Assembly: GCA_963708295.1 (NCBI GenBank)
Contig: CAVPSJ010000017.1
Location: 288,001-352,000 of the forward strand
Reading direction: 5' to 3'
DNA: 64,000 bases
Source of the DNA: an uncultured delta proteobacterium
Lineage (GTDB): Bacteria > Desulfobacterota > BSN033 > UBA1163
Part shown: piece after piece, positions 61,392-64,000 of the stretch
How positions within the stretch are numbered: the first letter of the stretch is position 1
Layout: the number at the start of each line of letters is the position of its first letter
Notes under the pieces: model-generated
What the model saw: only the letters and a program-made list of their open reading frames with translations
Database searches by the model: none
What the model was told of the DNA's origin: nothing
Translations under genes and position numbers: made by a program

Positions 61392-61431
61392 CCCCCTCAC
61401 CCCCGCCCTCTCCCACCAGGGGAGAGGGAGA
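61392..61431. repeat. REP-like hairpin
   Basis: CCCCCTCACCCCCGCCCTCTCCC-ACCAG-GGGAGAGGG. Confidence 0.7.
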
Positions 61432-61442
61432 GAGGTGGTTTT

Positions 61443-62501
61443 TTATTCATCATGGCTTGCTAAAACGTCTCCCTTTAGAGAGAGAAGGATGCAGCGTATC
61501 CTAAATTTTTCCCCGACACGATGCTTCACCTTTGACGCCACTTCATTGGCAATATCATCAAAGACATTCATCATCCGATACTCTCGGAATAGGTCAATGG
61601 TCGCCTCTGCCGTTGTCTGACGGAGAATGGCCTCGATTATTTCTTGGTCCGCCCCACGACGCCGGGCGTGATCAACGATCGTCTCAATCCGACGATCCCC
61701 GAATCGAGAGTGGGTATTGAATTGCCCCCCGGCGACTTTGACCAGCTTTCCGATATGTCCGACCAGAAGGACTTCTTTAAACCCTTTCTCTCCACATTGA
61801 TCCAGCATATATCCTACATGGTCGCCGATTTTGATGACGGAATCCTCGGGAAGCTGAAGGGCCTTCTTGCAGAACCGTTCTCCCACATAGCCAAGGACGA
61901 GGGCGATCTTCTCCAACCCTTGAGCCCTGAGGACATCAAGCTGAAGAGAGAGGGAGGTCGTGTAGGCATTGATCGATTTGGGCTCGACGATTCCCGTCGT
62001 TCCGATAATGGAGATCCCTCCCTCAATTCCGAGACGGGGATTGAAGGTTTTTTCTGCCAATGCCTCGCCTTCCGGAACGGTGATGGTTACCTCCGCTCCC
62101 TGACCATCTGGCAGTAAACTGGAGACATCACGGAGGATCATCTCCCTCGGAGTAGGGTTGATGGCAGGTTCACCCACGGGCACGGCCAATCCGGGTTTGG
62201 TAACAATGCCAACCCCTCTTCCACCCCGGATGGTCACTCCAGGGGTATCGGAAAATCTTACGGTTGCGTAGATCCTGGCGCCGTGGGTGACGTCCGGATC
62301 ATCCCCGGCGTCCTTCACCACCCCGCAGCGGGCATAGTGATCACCCCACTCCGTATCGATGACCGGGAGAAGAAGTTTGATTCCCGAAGGAGTCTCCAAT
62401 TCCACTTCGTCAACTCTCCTTCTGCCCAGAAGCATCATGGTGGCGGCCTTTGCCGCTCCCTGGGCGCAACTGCCCGTGGTGTATCCTTTTCTTAAGCTCA
62501 T
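61443..62501 (-). CDS. cbiD: Cobalt-precorrin-5B C1-methyltransferase
   Basis: LRKGYTTGSCA, KDAGDDPDVTHG, AINPTP, NPRLGI.GGISIIGTTG, GHIGKLVK. Confidence 0.96.
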   Translation of the reverse strand: MSLRKGYTTGSCAQGAAKAATMMLLGRRRVDEVELETPSGIKLLLPVIDTEWGDHYARCGVVKDAGDDPDVTHGARIYATVRFSDTPGVTIRGGRGVGIVTKPGLAVPVGEPAINPTPREMILRDVSSLLPDGQGAEVTITVPEGEALAEKTFNPRLGIEGGISIIGTTGIVEPKSINAYTTSLSLQLDVLRAQGLEKIALVLGYVGERFCKKALQLPEDSVIKIGDHVGYMLDQCGEKGFKEVLLVGHIGKLVKVAGGQFNTHSRFGDRRIETIVDHARRRGADQEIIEAILRQTTAEATIDLFREYRMMNVFDDIANEVASKVKHRVGEKFRIRCILLSLKGDVLASHDE

Positions 62502-62544
62502 CGTGGTTTCTTCACAACATCCTAATGATACTGCTCCGGCAAAT

Positions 62545-62703
62545 CTCCCATCCCCTTCCTAACCTCCCCCTTAAATGGGGAGGAACATAACTATTTCCCT
62601 CCCCTTCAGGGGGAGGGGAAGCCCTGCACCACGTAGGGTGCAGGACAATGCCCTGAACCTCACATGGTTCATGGGGTGGGGGTGGGGTTCATCGGATGTC
62701 TAT
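62545..62703. repeat. Composite REP-like element (inverted copy of 37801-37990)
   Basis: Reverse complement shares the ATAGACATCCGATGA...CCTGAACC...CCTGCACC...CCCCTGAAGGGG block. Confidence 0.8.
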
Positions 62704-63546
62704 TCATTTTCTAACCAGCCGGATGATCTCCTCTCTTGCTTCGCCGATCGTGAGGGGAATTTTATCGAAAGGGAGTCGATCGTCGTGCTTGAGCCGGTAA
62801 ATCAACTCTGCAATCTGAGGAAGCCGTAGTTTCATCTCTTCCATTTCATCAGGGGTTGTAAAAACATCCTCGGGCGATCCTTCTCTGACCATTCGTCCTC
62901 TGCTTAAAATGTAGAGCCGGTCGACGAAGAGCGGGACCAGGTCGACCCGATGGGTTGCCATGACCATGGTGATCCCCTGCTCCTTATTGAGTCTCATCAA
63001 GAGGTTCATCATCCTGTATTCTCCCATCGGATCCAATCCATCGGTGGGTTCATCCAGAAGCAGTATCTCCTGTCCCATAGCCAGAAGACCTGCAATACAG
63101 ATCCGCTTTTTCTCTCCGAAGCTCAGGTGGTGAATGGATCTCTTTCCATAGCCCTCCATGTCCACCTCGTTGAGGGATCTCGTGACCCGGAGAGCCACTT
63201 CGTCTCCGGAAAATCCCATGTTGATCGGTCCGAAAGCTACATCTTCGAAAACAGTCGGGGCAAAAAGCTGTTCGTCGGAGTTCTGAAAGATCAGGCCGAC
63301 TTTTCGATAGATTTCCTTCGGGGACAACTCCCGGATTTCCTTTCCATCCAAACGGACACTCCCTTCGCAATCTTTCAGCAACCCATCCATCACTTTGAGG
63401 AGGGTGGTTTTTCCGGAACCATTCGCTCCCAGAATGCCGATGAATTCCCCTCGTCTGATCTCGAGATCGATATCCGATAAGGATTGTGTCCCGCCAGGAT
63501 ATTTAAATGAAACCTTTTTGACGGAAAGTCGAATTAGATCATCCAT
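62704..63546 (-). CDS. cbiO: Cobalt ECF transporter ATP-binding subunit
   Basis: GANGSGKT, FQNSDEQLFAPTV, LSFGEKKR, DEPT.GLDP. Confidence 0.92.
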   Translation of the reverse strand: MDDLIRLSVKKVSFKYPGGTQSLSDIDLEIRRGEFIGILGANGSGKTTLLKVMDGLLKDCEGSVRLDGKEIRELSPKEIYRKVGLIFQNSDEQLFAPTVFEDVAFGPINMGFSGDEVALRVTRSLNEVDMEGYGKRSIHHLSFGEKKRICIAGLLAMGQEILLLDEPTDGLDPMGEYRMMNLLMRLNKEQGITMVMATHRVDLVPLFVDRLYILSRGRMVREGSPEDVFTTPDEMEEMKLRLPQIAELIYRLKHDDRLPFDKIPLTIGEAREEIIRLVRK

Positions 63547-64000
63547 AGATATCCCATCGCCAAAACAAAAATCATCGAGCCCAAGATCTCCGAACCTTTT
63601 AAGGGCCTCTCCAATGCCATCGGAATGCGGCCATCGAATCCTCTCTGGACCAAGGCCATTGCCGTATTCTGGCTGTGTTCAAAAACTTTCAGGATGAGGG
63701 AGCCGGTCAAGGTGCCAAAAGAGCTTAAACCCCGTTTAAAGCTCGTGTAACCCAGCCGGGTCTTTTGAGAATTGTAGATGACCAGACTCTCGTCAAGGAG
63801 GACGAAGATGTACCGGTAGGCAAAGACCATCACCTCGATAAAACCTTTGGGTACCCTCAGCCAGGAGAGACCGGCCATGAACTCGGTAAAGGGTGTCGAA
63901 AACCCCATGATCGTCAGGATCGAGACGGCTCCGATGATTCGACTGCCGATCATCAACCCTTCCCTTAACCCCTCCTGGTAGGCTGCAATCTTCAAACCAA
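63534..64000 (-). CDS. cbiQ: Cobalt ECF transporter T component (5' end outside the window)
   Basis: STPF, YRYIFVL, RLGY, ALVQRGFDG. Confidence 0.88.
   Translation of the reverse strand, partial: GLKIAAYQEGLREGLMIGSRIIGAVSILTIMGFSTPFTEFMAGLSWLRVPKGFIEVMVFAYRYIFVLLDESLVIYNSQKTRLGYTSFKRGLSSFGTLTGSLILKVFEHSQNTAMALVQRGFDGRIPMALERPLKGSEILGSMIFVLAMGYLWMI

Overview
Bacterial chromosomal window, probably from an anaerobic Desulfobacterota/Syntrophobacteria-like organism (inferred from ETF, Fe-S oxidoreductase, NrfD complex and anaerobic cobalamin genes). It has four zones. (1) ~0-30.7 kb: an accessory array of unrelated genes, nearly all on the minus strand. It is punctuated by at least 13 co-oriented full or partial copies of a ~200-bp non-coding element, plus several isolated 'TGGGGTC(G/A)' left ends. 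Ten copies carry an invariant leftward sigma70-type promoter (TTGACC-N17-TATATT). The element has competing inverted repeats, some copies appear split around cargo genes, and several junctions truncate genes. This looks like an uncharacterised gene-capture or cassette system; no recombinase or transposase is visible in the window. (2) ~30.9-42.8 kb: Pat acetyltransferase, etfAB, a membrane Fe-S oxidoreductase and an ArrA-like/4Fe-4S/NrfD complex whose large subunit appears to lack the Mo-ligating Cys. (3) ~43-51 kb: a defence islet at tRNA-Phe bracketed by a ~1-kb duplication (RluA gene plus the tRNA 3' half). (4) ~51-64 kb: a cob/cbi operon with nested REP/MITE insertions, one of them in-frame inside cbiR. 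Several +1 frameshifts are probably sequencing errors. All family assignments are by eye from motifs; no database search was run.
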